Of a stretch of DNA of 64,000 nucleotides, positions 11,210 to 23,027 are shown piece after piece. Numbering within the stretch: position 1 is the first letter of the stretch; each line of letters opens with the position of its first letter. The notes beneath the pieces were generated by a model, which was not told where the DNA came from, did no database searches, and was given only the letters and a program-made list of their open reading frames with translations. Source of the DNA: the human T2T-CHM13v2.0 reference genome, Homo sapiens; NCBI RefSeq assembly GCF_009914755.1, contig NC_060925.1, one strand, 5' to 3'. The position numbers and the translations under genes are program-made.

Positions 11210-14200
11210 CCAGATGTTTGTGGAATACCCACTAAGGGCTGGGCGCTTCTGGCATGGGGACTGGGAATGAGTAAGAAGCCTCTTCCACATCCAGAGAAGC
11301 CACCAGCTAGAAAGGGGAGATGGCATCCTGGGGCCAAACAGTCAGCAGCCCAGGTGTCAGGGCGGGGTGGGGCCAGGCGCAGGCTGGGGCCCTGGACTTC
11401 AAAGGGCTCTGGGCACCTGTCCCCTCTGCCACCCTCCAGCTCTGACTCCGCAAATGCTCCTGCGCCCTCTGGGCCTCTTGCTCCATTCTCTAAATCCCCC
11501 ATGGCACTGCCCCGTGGGGGGCCTCAGCACTGAGCGTCACAGAGCGGGGCTGCCGCCCAGGCTTGGCATGGAGTGTGGGTCGCACAGGGCTTGCGGAGGC
11601 TTTCGGCCACCATGACCACTCTTCCGGTTCAGCAAGAGCACATCGTCCCAGGAAGCAACAAAGTCCTGGAAGCATTAAAGCCTCCCCAGGAGACTCCCGT
11701 GGAAATGCCGTTCTCCTGGGTGGAGGCCCTGCCATGGGTGGGACAAAGTGTTGCTCCCACAGGAAGGTCAGAGAAAAAGCTCCAGCACCAAGGGGCTCAT
11801 GGAGTGCAGGCGGACATGCGGGCACCTGGCCTGGGTGCCAGGACCAGGGTCCAAATCAGGCCCCCTTGCCCACTCGTTTCTCCCGTGCCTGGGCTCCGCG
11901 GGAGAGGCACAGCTGGCCCGAGGGGGGCAGCCGGTCAGCGCCCAGGCTTCCTAGCCCGCAGCCCTCGGTCACTTCCCACATGCCTTCCTCTCCCTGGGGA
12001 CAGTGGGAACCTGGCAGTGCCCTCAGGCAGCAGGCAAGGGTGTGAAAGGCCGAGCCCACAGTGGCAGCAGAGAGTGGGCGGGGATGGGTGGGAAGGGCAG
12101 AGCGACAGACTCCCGGGCACAGGGGCTCCCTGGGGGCACCGTGGGGGGAGTCTCTGGTGGTCCCTGCTACCCTGAGCTCACCCCCTTACAGCAGGTCCCT
12201 TTGCTCTTGAGAAGGGTGGCATCCCACAGAGCCCACCCGCGTCCCACAGACACTCCGATGAAAACCCAGCTCCACCCTGGAAGCCCCCGCGGCCAAGTAG
12301 CAGCTGAGAGCCGGGTCCGGCACCGAGAAGGAAGAGCTGCCACTTCCACCAGAGAAGGCGCCTGCTTCCGCCCAGACCCGGCCTGGCCGCCTCCCCCTAC
12401 CCCCGGCTGCCCCGTTTCCCGTGATCCCTCCTTATCTCCTGGAAGGAGGGGTCAGCCGGGGTGGGAGCAGCACAGTGTCGGGGCTGAATCCAGCCCCAGT
12501 GTGGGAAGGCAGCCCTCGGGCCTGGATGGGTGGGGTCCACCCGGCCCTGGAGGCCAAAGGCAGCACTGCTTCCTCCTTCTGAACAGCACAGAACACCTCT
12601 CCCCATTACATTGTCACTGTGGTCTTCCAGCCAAACCATGGGCTTAATGCGAGGGTTGGACCCATTTTATAGGTGGGAATGTTCACAGGACTGAACTCCA
12701 ACCCGGCTGGCAGTGGAGGGAGGAAGCTGGGCTTGCATGGACACCTGCCAGGGGTCCCCAGGCCTGGATGTAGGGTCCTGGCCGCCCCCCACTCAGCCTG
12801 ATGTGGGATCCTGGTCCCCGAGGACCATGGTCAAGAGGAGGCAGAGGAAGGCAGGTGGAGAGAGTGGGGAGCCCAGGCCGAGGGGAAGATGGGCCACACG
12901 AGTGGGGCAGCTCTCCTCTCTGTCCGGGGTTTCTCTGCAGCCCGGGCCGTGGGCCCCGAGCATTTTCCCCAAAACCTCTAGATTGCTGTAAGGGCTGAGA
13001 GCAGGACTTGCCGCATCTTACAGAGAGAGACTGGAGTTCAGAGTGGCAGAGCTACTCGCCCAAGACCACGCAATAAGGAGCTAAGGGAAGTTCAAACCTG
13101 GCCCTCGCTGACACCAACGGCTGGTTCTGTGGTGGCATCCTCAAAGTGGCTTCCCTGGAAGGCCTGGGCCATCCTGGAGGTGAGCTCGGGGCCAGGCAGC
13201 CCGGGCAGGAGCTCTACAGAGGAGCCTGAATTCCTCCCCAGGGCCTGCCAGCTCTGGCACGCACAGGCCTGAGCCCACCTGCCCAGGGGCCTGGGAGGAG
13301 GGTGGGCACATGTCAGAGGCCGTGCCCTGCCCAGGAAATGGCAGAAGCAGTGGCAGGCACCCAGCCTCCCCTGGGAGATGAGCCCACTCTGGACTGCCCA
13401 GCCCAGCAGAGCAGAGCTCAGCTCCTGCCCCAGGCCAGTCTCCCAGAACATGACAAACACACTGGCCTGGAGACGCTCCCAGGGCCGGGGCACCCTGAGG
13501 CCAGTCTCCTGTGCCAGCACTCACTCAGAGCTTGATGGGGCCGAGTCATCACTGCAAGCAGGTTCCGGGCCCACCCCATCAACTTGGCACACACTGCCCT
13601 GCCAGGGGTCCCCAGGCCCTGCGGGTGACCAAGCAACGCGGCCCTTCCCTGCTCTGAGCAGCCCGAACCCTGCGTTCGTGCTCACTCTCGGCTGCCGGCA
13701 CCCCCTGAGCCATGCGCTCACTCACTCGCTCGGCAAGACTACATTTTTGGGGGAGGCTGGGCTGGCAGAGGGACAGAGAAAACACAGCAGGCTCCTGGCC
13801 TTTGGCAGGGCCCCCTCGGCCACACGGTGACTCGGAGCCCTAGCCATCCCAAACACGCAGAGCTGGGGGTGAGAACCCCCGGGCGGGAGGCGGGGCGAGG
13901 CCAGGGACGGGGCAGGAGAGGAAGCGTCGGCACTGCTGGGAGGCAGAGTCTGTGGCCCGGTCCCTGGCCGAGATGCCGTCTAGCCTCCTGGCTGGCCCCG
14001 GGTCATCCGGTCCACGCCTCTGCCTCTGGCCAGCTCTGCCAGATGGCAAAGACCTTTTCTGTCCATAGGGACCCCTGGCAGAGAGATTCCAACACCTCCT
14101 GAAGGGATACGGGTCGAGGCCCGGGCCTAATGTGTTTGCCGTCACCATGCTGGGCTCTGCAGTGTCTGTCATGGAGTTGACATTCCAGAGGCACACCACC

Positions 14201-14488
14201 TGCCGTGCCTGGACGCCCAGCCCGCGTCAGCCCTGGAGGGGCATAAACACGGCCGGCAGCCCCAGAGCACGAATCAGGAGACCCCCGGCTCTGGCCATGG
14301 GCAGTGGGAAGCCCATTCACCACCCGGAGCCGCTCTATCGCGGGAGAGCCTCTGCGCGCCGCACCACTCGCTGACACAGGAGGCGGGAGTGTGGTCAGTC
14401 TGTCTTCCGGGGCCTGACACACACCTGCCAGGGACCCCATTACAGGGCCCACCACCACCCCAGGCTGAGAGAGACACGGAAGGTCCAA

Positions 14489-14596
14489 GCATCAGGCTAA
14501 CCCTCTCCCCCCAGCGTCGCAGCGGCATCAGGCTAACCCTCTCCCCCCAGCGTCGCAGCGGCATCAGGCTAACCCTCTCCCCTCAGCATCACAGCA
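14489..14596. repeat. 36-bp tandem repeat x3
   Basis: GCATCAGGCTAACCCTCTCCCCCCAGCGTCGCAGCG x3; the third copy is diverged. Confidence 0.92.
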
Positions 14597-16808
14597 GCCA
14601 GCCTGACCAGGCTCTGGAGCCCACAGACCTGAACAGGGGCTCCTGGGGCTGCAGGGCGGCACCTGTCCCCTCTGCCCCCAGCACCGTCTGCACCCTGTAA
14701 CAGGTGCTCTCAACCCCGGAGCACAGCCTTTGTGCAGGGGCCCCGGGGCCTCTCCGTTGGCTTCCCTGGGCTGGCCTGGGTCAGTGGAGCTCCTCCTAGG
14801 AGGGACCCCCACGCAGCATCCTGGGTCACCTCAAGAGCCTGCCCTCATGCAGGGGCTGCTGGAACAGGCCCCGACACCAGCAGACGCTGGCCAGCCTGGG
14901 GAGTGCTCCACACACCGCAGCCCTGGAGCATCGGGAACCTGCCAGGCAGCCCCCCAGCAGGGTCTTGGGCCTCTCACTCTGCTCTGCCTGGTGTTCCCAG
15001 CCACAGGCACTGAGACCACACCATGCCCCACCAAGGCCCGGCACCAGCCCTGGCCTGGTAGACCCAGGGCTTCCCACACACCATCGAGTGGGGTTTCAGA
15101 CCCCACGCAGCAACTGGGGAGACAAGCGGGCTTGGGCCGGGGAACAGCGGGGCAGAGGAGCCCATCTGGAGCTGGGGGCAGGGTGGCCGAGGGGGCAGGT
15201 GGCACTCAGGGCTGGGTCCAGGCTGACCTCGGGAGGATGACTCGGGTCACCGGACAGTGACCCGCCCTTTGCTCCCTACCCCAGCTGGGTGAGCACCCCC
15301 ACTTTAAAGGGGGGCATATACAAGGATCTTGGGGGAGAAGGAAGCTGCCTGTGTCCCATGGCTTGGCGGCGGGGCCAGCCCTCTCCCTAGGACACACAGG
15401 CCCCCACCCCGTCAGTTACAACAGGGGAGTTTCAGGGGCCGGGGAAGGTGCCTGTGTCCGCTGCGGGTCTTCGTGCTGCCTCCGCAGGGACTCCTAGCCC
15501 CAGGGACACCAGCCCGAGAGGGGTGCACTTCTTCCCCAGGGTTGAGGTGAAATCGGTTCAGCACAGGCCCCCCAGAATGCCAGAGACCAGGTAGGGGGGT
15601 CTGGTCTTCACCCTGACACCTCAGTCCCTGCCAGTGAGCAGCCCTGGGTGGGGGCTGAGTAGACCCTTCTGAGGGACTGCACAGGCAGCCGCAGGGGGGA
15701 AAATGTAAGCTGCCCCGCGCCTCCTGCGTCCCACCTGGGACAGGCTCCTCGGTGGGTCGGAACCTCCAGCTCCAACGTGTGGAGGTGGCCAAGTCCTGGG
15801 GCCATCCCATACCTGGAGTGGACAAGGGTGGGGGCCCTGCAGGAGAGAAGGCATAGCAGCTGGGCCCCTCCTCATCACGGGTCTGGGAGGGGGTTCTCCT
15901 CCCCTCATCCTGCCCAACTCCACCTGCACCTGGCTCATCCTGGAGCCTCTGGGGCTTTCCGCCACCCCAGTGGAGCCCCTTTCACAGAAACCAAGGCAAG
16001 AGCCAGAATGGAGCGGGGGTCCGGGAGCTGGCGGGGACTGTGCCACAGGTGGAGCCATCCTCCCTCCTCACTGAGCCGGGGCTCCCAAGCCTCCCAGGCT
16101 CCGCGGGTCACAGAAGCTTCTCCCCTCCCCCAGCCTCCCGCTGGCCACAAGCACAGGCTGGAGAGGAGCACACAGAATCTGTTTCTAGAACATCCCAGAC
16201 AGAGCAGATGCCCCTCCCACCTCCCCTGACCCCAAGTCCAGCAGGCTGGCCCCTGCCCCCCTCCAAACGGCTCGCAGCTGGACAGCTGGAGACAGCGTTG
16301 CGTTTGGCAAGGGAAGTTCTGGGAGATGATGACAGTAAGTGTCTGACCGGGACAGCAGAGCAGAGGCCTGAGGACTCTCCCAGGGGCCAGGCTGCCCAGA
16401 TCCACCCCAGGGTCAGATGCCAGGGCAGAGGCTGGAGCAGGCAAAGGAGTGTGAGTGGGAGATGGGGACAGCTTGGGGCCCCCACTGCCACCCTCCTCGG
16501 CCTCCTCCCCCACCTCAATCCTAATCTGTTCTCATCTCTCCCAGTGGGTTTTCCTTCTGTCTGTCCTTGACTTTGCTGCCAGCCTGCCAGCCATGGTGGG
16601 GCTGAGCTACAGGGTCTGCTTAGAGCTCGCAAACGCTTCTAGCCCCAGGCCTTGCCTGAGCCATCCCTGCCCGCCCCTCCTTCCTCCTGCATGGCCCCCA
16701 AGGTGCCTCCCACCAACACCAGGTCCTCTGAGTCCCCACAGAGGCAATGTCAGGAGTGGGGAGCGAGTTGGGTGAGGAGTACCCCGAGTGGAGCCCTTGG
16801 AGCAGCCT

Positions 16809-17298
16809 GTGGGCCAGGAAGGAGGGTGCCAGGGAGGGCACCGAGGCGGGGTGGCAGTGGGCTGGGAAGGGGGCTGCCAGGGAGGCCGCTGAGGCGGGGT
16901 GGCAGTGGGCTGGGAAGGAGGGTGCCAGGGAGGCCGAGGTGGGGTGGCAATGGGCTGGGAAGGGGGCTGCCAGGGAGGCCGAGGTGGGGTGGCAGTGGGC
17001 TGGGAAGGGGGCTGCCAAGGAGGACGCCAAGGCGGGGTGGCAGCGGGCTGGGAAGGAGGGTGCCAGGGAGGCCACCATGGCGGGGTGGCAGTGGGCTGGG
17101 AAGGGGGCGCCAGGGAGGCCGCCAAGGCAGGGTGGCAGTGGGCTGGGAAGGGGGCGCCAGGGAGGCCGCCAAGGCAGGGTGGCAGTGGGCTGGGAAGGGG
17201 GCTGCCAGGCGGGGTGGCAGTGGGCTGGGAAGGGGGCTGCCAGGCGGGGTGGCAGTGGGCTGGGAAGGGAGGCCGAGGCAGGGTGGCAGTGGGCTGGG
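16809..17298. repeat. G-rich minisatellite, about 11 units of 34-48 bp
   Basis: Recurrent core GGGTGGCAGTGGGCTGGGAAGG with variable linkers. Confidence 0.92.
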
Positions 17299-17309
17299 CC
17301 ATGCCCTAC

Positions 17310-17435
17310 CTTGGCAAGTCTCGCCATCACCCTGCAGCTGGTGGCTGGGGGGGGGCCAGCGGCAGTAGAAGCCCCCCACGGTGTCCCGGCACCGACCCGC
17401 ACAGCCCCCGTTGGCGTTGGCACACTCACCCACAT
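17310..17435 (-). pseudogene. MEGF6: Degenerate or cryptic calcium-binding EGF exon of MEGF6 (DVGECANANGGCAGRCRDTVGGFYCRWPPPSHQLQGDGETCQ)
   Basis: 126 bp, phase 1-1, stop-free. Acceptor CTCACCTGCTTCTCCCCTCGCAG| and donor AAG|GTAGGG. cbEGF spacing with 5 of 6 cysteines. Whether it is spliced in is unknown. Confidence 0.75.
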
Positions 17436-20419
17436 CTGCGAGGGGAGAAGCAGGTGAGGTGCCAGCCACGCGGCCACCTCCTCCCTCCAGCCTCGGCCCA
17501 CCCGAGGCCTCAGAGGGATGAGGCTCAGGGCTCCCCACAGCACAGGGGACATTGTCCACCAGAACAGGCCCCGCAGGAGGGAGGCTGGGTGTGGAAACCC
17601 AGCAGCAGGGGAGCCGCACTGCAGAACGGGTCCCTCCCTCGCTCCCAGGGAAGGTGGCCTCTCCCCGGGCCTTCAGTGTGGTGTGGCTCTCAGGAGCAAC
17701 ATTTGGGTATAGCTTGGCAGAGGAGGTGGCCCTGCTCCCGTAAAGCAGCCACACCCTTTTTGTGAGTCCCCAGAGATCGGCTGCCGTGTGTGTTCCGGTC
17801 AAGCGGTCTGCCACAGCTGTGGGTTTTCAGGAAAAACCCGGCTTCCCTTGGCTCTGAGGCCAGGAGGAGTTTCACTGTCACCTGCACAGCCACTCCCCCT
17901 CCCGCCTTCGGACAGCCCCAGGCCCCATCCTCCCTTCCTGGCGCGTCTCTGGGGATCACGTGGCATCTGAGTTGGGCCTGGAGAGCAGGTTAGGAGCCCT
18001 GAACACCACATCAAGTTGCTGAGCCCAGCCTGCCAGGACCCAGAGCCCATGCCCTAGCCCGCCCTCCGTCTTTGCGGGTGCGGGAATGTGGCAGTTCTCC
18101 CGGGGTGCGCCTCTGCCTGGTTCAGGCAGCAGGACTTCCCCCGGGACTTGGTCCTGGGCAGAGGCAGCGTCACTGCCTCCCCACACAAGTGACTGGGCCG
18201 GTAGGAGCATCGAGGGAAGAAGGGAATCAAGTGACCTGCCTTGAGAAGGTGTGGGACCCAACTTGAGGTGACGCAGGGACCAGGCGCCTCTGCCCACCCA
18301 CCCCTGCTGAACTGCACCATCCAAACTTCCAGGAATGTTCAGCCCCCTGTGCCCCCGCCTCTAGAGGCCAAAGACCAGGCCCTCCCCAGCTGCATGGGGA
18401 TCGGAACCTGGAGGCAGGCTCAGAGCCAGTGGAGCCCCCAGCATGCTGAGGACGCAGATGGCCAGACGCCAGCCCAGCCCACAGGGTGCTGTTCCCAGAA
18501 GATGAGGCCGACCTTTCCCACCAGCACCCCAGACAGACGGAACACAGCGCGGGCCTTTCCGGACCTGAGCTGGCCCAAAGCTCCCCAGTGCCGGGGGCAT
18601 TTCTCTCTGCACCTCCTCAGGACGGGCCCTGGAAGAGCCCTGGGCGGGGCCAAAGGCCTCGGGGCGGCCACAGTCCCATGAGAACGGGCCAAGCGGAATG
18701 CAGGCCAGCCGTCTCCGGACTGTTGGAATGCAGCTGTCAGCACAGCCCTGCGGAGGTCCATGGTGGGAATTTTTTGGGAATTCCTAGAGAGTTACACAGG
18801 GCGAGACGGAGGCTGGCCAAGGCCAGGGGTCAGAGCCAAGGTGCCCAGGGTCCCCTGTCTGCCTGGCCCCGACAGACTGCCCTGGCAGGCAAGCAGCAGC
18901 CCCTCCTCTGGTGTGGGGCAGGCACCCAAGCTCTGGGACCTGTCCTGACACTGGGGCCTTGAGGCCAGGTGGCTGGGAGGGCGGTGTCCAGGCAGGTGGG
19001 GCTGGACGCCAGATGAGCTTCCACACAGCTGCTGGCACAGCTGGGTCCCCAGCTTCCCAGGCCTGGAACACAGCTGGCCATGTGAGCACAGGTCCCCAGC
19101 ACCGGGGCAGCCTCACAGCCCCCCACCCCGACCCTGCTAGGCTCCACGGGGAAAGGAGCCCACTGCAGCTGGGGGCCTTCAGGGACCCCCCCACACCCAC
19201 AGGAAAAGCCCCTTAGCCTGGCCTGGCACAGGGGCTGCAGGGTCTGGCACTCAGGACAGCCACCGCTGCCTGGTCACCCTCACTGAGGCTGCAATCGCCC
19301 CTTGTTCCCCCAAAGCCCCCAACCCCAGCATCTCCATGCTGGCTGGGACCCCGCCTTGGGTACCTGCGGGCGCCGCCTCCACCCCAGGCCGGGCTGAGCT
19401 CTAACATCCCCGTGGCTCCGCGCTGGGTGATCTGTCCCCAGCCGGACCATGCAAGCTCTGGTGGGGACTGGCCCCCCTAGTCTCGGGGCCCCCGTGCTCA
19501 GCCCAGAACAAGCCCACAAGGGCCGCAGGAGACCCTTGGTGAATGCTCAAGAAGCTGCAGGTGGACCGGCCACCAGGAGAAAAGCCAGAGCCCGACAAGG
19601 CAGCTGGGGCTCCCCCAACCCCTCAGGCTTGGGCTGGAACTCTGGGCACCACGCAGACTGATGCCCCATGGCCACAGGCAGACCAGGGCCCAGGACGGAG
19701 AAGTTCAGCTCCAGAAGCAGGTGACGGCTCCTCCCCAAAGCCAGCAGAAGCCTCTCTTTCCTCCAAAACCCAGGACCGGGGTGTTCAGGGCTCCAGTCTA
19801 GGCGAGAAGATGGGGGGCTGCCTGGGGGCTTCTGGGGGCACACGGTCATGCTCGGGTCTGGGCTGGCTGGCGGCAGGCACCCCGTTGGTTGACTGCATGC
19901 AGAAGGGTCCATCAATTCACCGAAGACACTGGCATGGGATATCCAGGGCGACTTGGCCCCGCTGCTCCCCACAGCTCACCCCGCTCTCTGGCCCCACAAG
20001 GGCTCCAGCTCGGGCTATGGGCGTCACTTATGGCCTGGAATTTACCTAGGCAACACTGCAGCCCAGGGAACCACCCGGAGGCTGACCAGCCTTCCCGTAC
20101 AAGGTGAGTCTTGAGCAGGGGCCTCTCAAAGCCCAGCTACGTGGGCACCAGACAGGCACCTTGCTCCAGCTTCTCCCAGGGATGATCCAAGCACAGGCAC
20201 GGGTGGGCGGTCGAAGGTCAGAACCAGGCTAGGCTCTGAGTCTTCACCTGGAGACTCACAAAGGCTGCCCTCACCACTTCTCGCCAGCCCCAACCCAGGG
20301 GTCCCCGCTCTCCCCAGAGCTGAAGTGATCGTGGATGCCACCTGGTGAGTCCAGCCTGAAGGGTGGTGAGGGGAAGGCTCCATGCCCCCAGCCCTCCCCA
20401 TCCCGGGAATTTTCTATCA

Positions 20420-20873
20420 GCAGAAAGTAACGGCTCCCGACACAAGACATACCCAGAGGCACCACAGACCCAGCAGTCCCACCCCTAAGCACCTGCCCAA
20501 GATAAATAGAAACAGGGACTCAAACCACGGTGTGTGCACACGCTCACAGCAGACTTGTCCACAGCCATCAGAAAGGGGAGGCCACCCGGGTGCCCACCAG
20601 TGGGTGATGAAGACAGACATGGAGGACGACAGCGAGGAGGAATCTCAAACCTCGTGCTGTGTGAAAGGAGCCCATCTCGAGAGGTCACACAGTGTAGGAT
20701 AGGGCGTACCAGCTGGCGGGTCTGGGGTCTCCTGGGAGGGTGAGGAAAATGTCTCGGAATGAGATAAAGGTGATGGCTGCATAGCACGATGAATGCACAA
20801 AGGGTCGCTATGTTTCAAAGGGGGTTATTTTATGCAATGTGAATTTCACCTTCATTTAAGAAAAAAGAGAAAA
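20420..20873 (+). mobile_element. Old L1M (L1MB/ME-like) 3' end fragment
   Basis: GAAAATGTCTCGGAATGAGATAAAGGTGATGGCTGCATAGC...TTTTATGCAATGTGAATTTCACC followed by an A-rich tail. Left boundary uncertain. Confidence 0.6.
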
Positions 20874-22727
20874 ACGTCATCCCAAGACTGGATTCTGCAC
20901 CTCACTTCTCCAGCAGTTTTGATACAGAAAGAAGCGGTCGTGCCCAGGCCTCCGGGGTGCTCCGTGCCGGATCTGGCCCCATGCCAGGGGCCTAACTCAG
21001 CAGCAGTGACTGCAATGTCACAAGTGCCCAGCAGCCACCCAACCGGGGCAGGGCTCCGAAGACCCAGCCCTTGCAGCCGATCCAGCAAGCACAGGCTGCA
21101 GAGTGAGAACCCGAGGGGAGCAAGAGGGGGCCCACACCCCCACCGCCCGTGCACTCACCCTGGGGGAGCCAGTGTCCCCCGTGTGCTAGTCCATTGGCAG
21201 GAGACCCTAACGGATGTGACAGTGGGGCTCTCAGATCAGCCGCCAGGTGTGGACAGGGCCAGGATCCGAGGCTCCAGCCGGCCAGGGCTGGGCAGCTGCC
21301 TGTGTGCCTTGGGGCCTCGGAGTGTGAGGCAGGTGAGGAAGAAGATGTGGATCCCAGCTCTGAGAGCCGGGCCCGCGTGGCCATGTGGCCAGGCAGCTCC
21401 CCGCTAGCGATGCCAGCCTCCTGGCCTATACCAGGCCAGATGCCCCACAGATGTGAGGCTGCCAGACCCAGCCCCCGTGGTGGTGAGACACCAGAGGCTC
21501 CGCTTGGGGGTGGCCCCGCCCCATGCAGGTGACAAAGTGTTTCCTAGGATCACACCTGGGGATGGAGCAGCTGGTGTCAGCCTGCTCCTGCGTGCAGACC
21601 CCAGGGGTCTCAGCCAGCATGAATCACTCTGGGAGAGGCTGCTGGGGACGACAGGACCTAAGGGGCCAAAGGGGTGGGATGTGGGGAGCCTCCACCAGGG
21701 GAAACTCTCGCCAAATTCCAAGTCAACGGGCAGCATCAGGCCCTGAGCCAATCCAGCTCCACACATCACTCTGGGCAGTGCCTCCCCTGGGACCAGGCAC
21801 TGGCCATGTGGCCAATACAACCCCATAGCAGGCTGGCTGGAAACCCTCCCTGGCCAGACACAAGGTCAACACAGACCCAACACATGCTCCCAGGATGCGG
21901 TCCAGCTCCCACCCTCTCAGTGGTCACAGGCTGGCTCTGACTTATATTGCCACAGCCACAGGGGACAGGAGACAGCACCCCGCCAACCCTCCCCACACAC
22001 CCCTCTGCCCAGACACACCACACTGCAGGGGAGCCCGAGATGGGGGAGCTGGATGGGGGGAGCTGGATGGGGGCATCCAGAAACCAGCAGGGCTGCGACT
22101 TCCATCAGGAAAACCAGCCACTCAGGTGATCACCCTGCCCGAGGCCACCCTCTGGGAGCCTCCGGCACTTGTAAAACCCCTGTCACCTCCCAATTCAAGC
22201 TTCCACGCAGAAGCCTGAGAGCTGAGCTCCCTCTGGTGCCTCTGTTCGACCAAGCCTTGCTGGGTGCCCAGGTGGGCCGTTCAGACATCAGCAATCCCAG
22301 CCCCTTGAACCACACTTGTCCCCAAGTCAACGTTACCATCAGCCCAGGCACGGGAGGGGACCCCTGCTCTGGACACGCCAAACTGTGGCTCAACTCTGGG
22401 TGCATTTTCTCACCCAACCCTCAGGACCCCAGCGGTGGCTCCCCTCAGGATTGCCACTCCACTGACGAGCACATAGCCTCCCTATGCCCGAGCCCCAGGC
22501 ACAGAATGCAAACCTGGCCACAGAGGAGCCTTAGCACTCAACCCCGCCCACCAGGGCCAGCCTCCCAGGCAGGGCCTTCTCCCTGCTCCAGGCTGTGGGG
22601 ACATGGCGAGGGCAGGTGTCCAGGCCCCCACAGGAACACAAGCTGCCTGGGGCTGCGCCTGATGCCAGGAGGGCAACAGGACTGGGGTCTAGGACAGAGC
22701 CAAGAAAGCGCTGAGGCATCCTGGTAA

Positions 22728-23027
22728 GACCACGCGTGGCGGCTCACGCCCGTAATCCCAGCACTCTGGGAGGCCCAGGCCGGAGGATCTATTGAGGCCA
22801 GGACTTTGAGACCAGCCTGGGCAACATATGAGATCCCGTCTCTACAAAAAATAACAAATTAGCTAGGTGTGGTGGCGCACGCCTGTCATCCCAGCTACTC
22901 GGAGGCTAAGGCAGGAGGATCGACGGCCTGAGCCCGGGAGTTCAAGGCTGCAGTACGGTATGGTCACACCACGGCACTCCAGCCTGGGTAGCAAAGCAAG
23001 ATTCTGTCTCTAAAAAAAGAAAAGAAA
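22728..23027 (+). mobile_element. Alu (AluJ-like)
   Basis: Dimeric Alu with A-rich linker and tail; J-type GAGGATC and GGAGTTCAAGGCTGCAGT. Confidence 0.93.
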
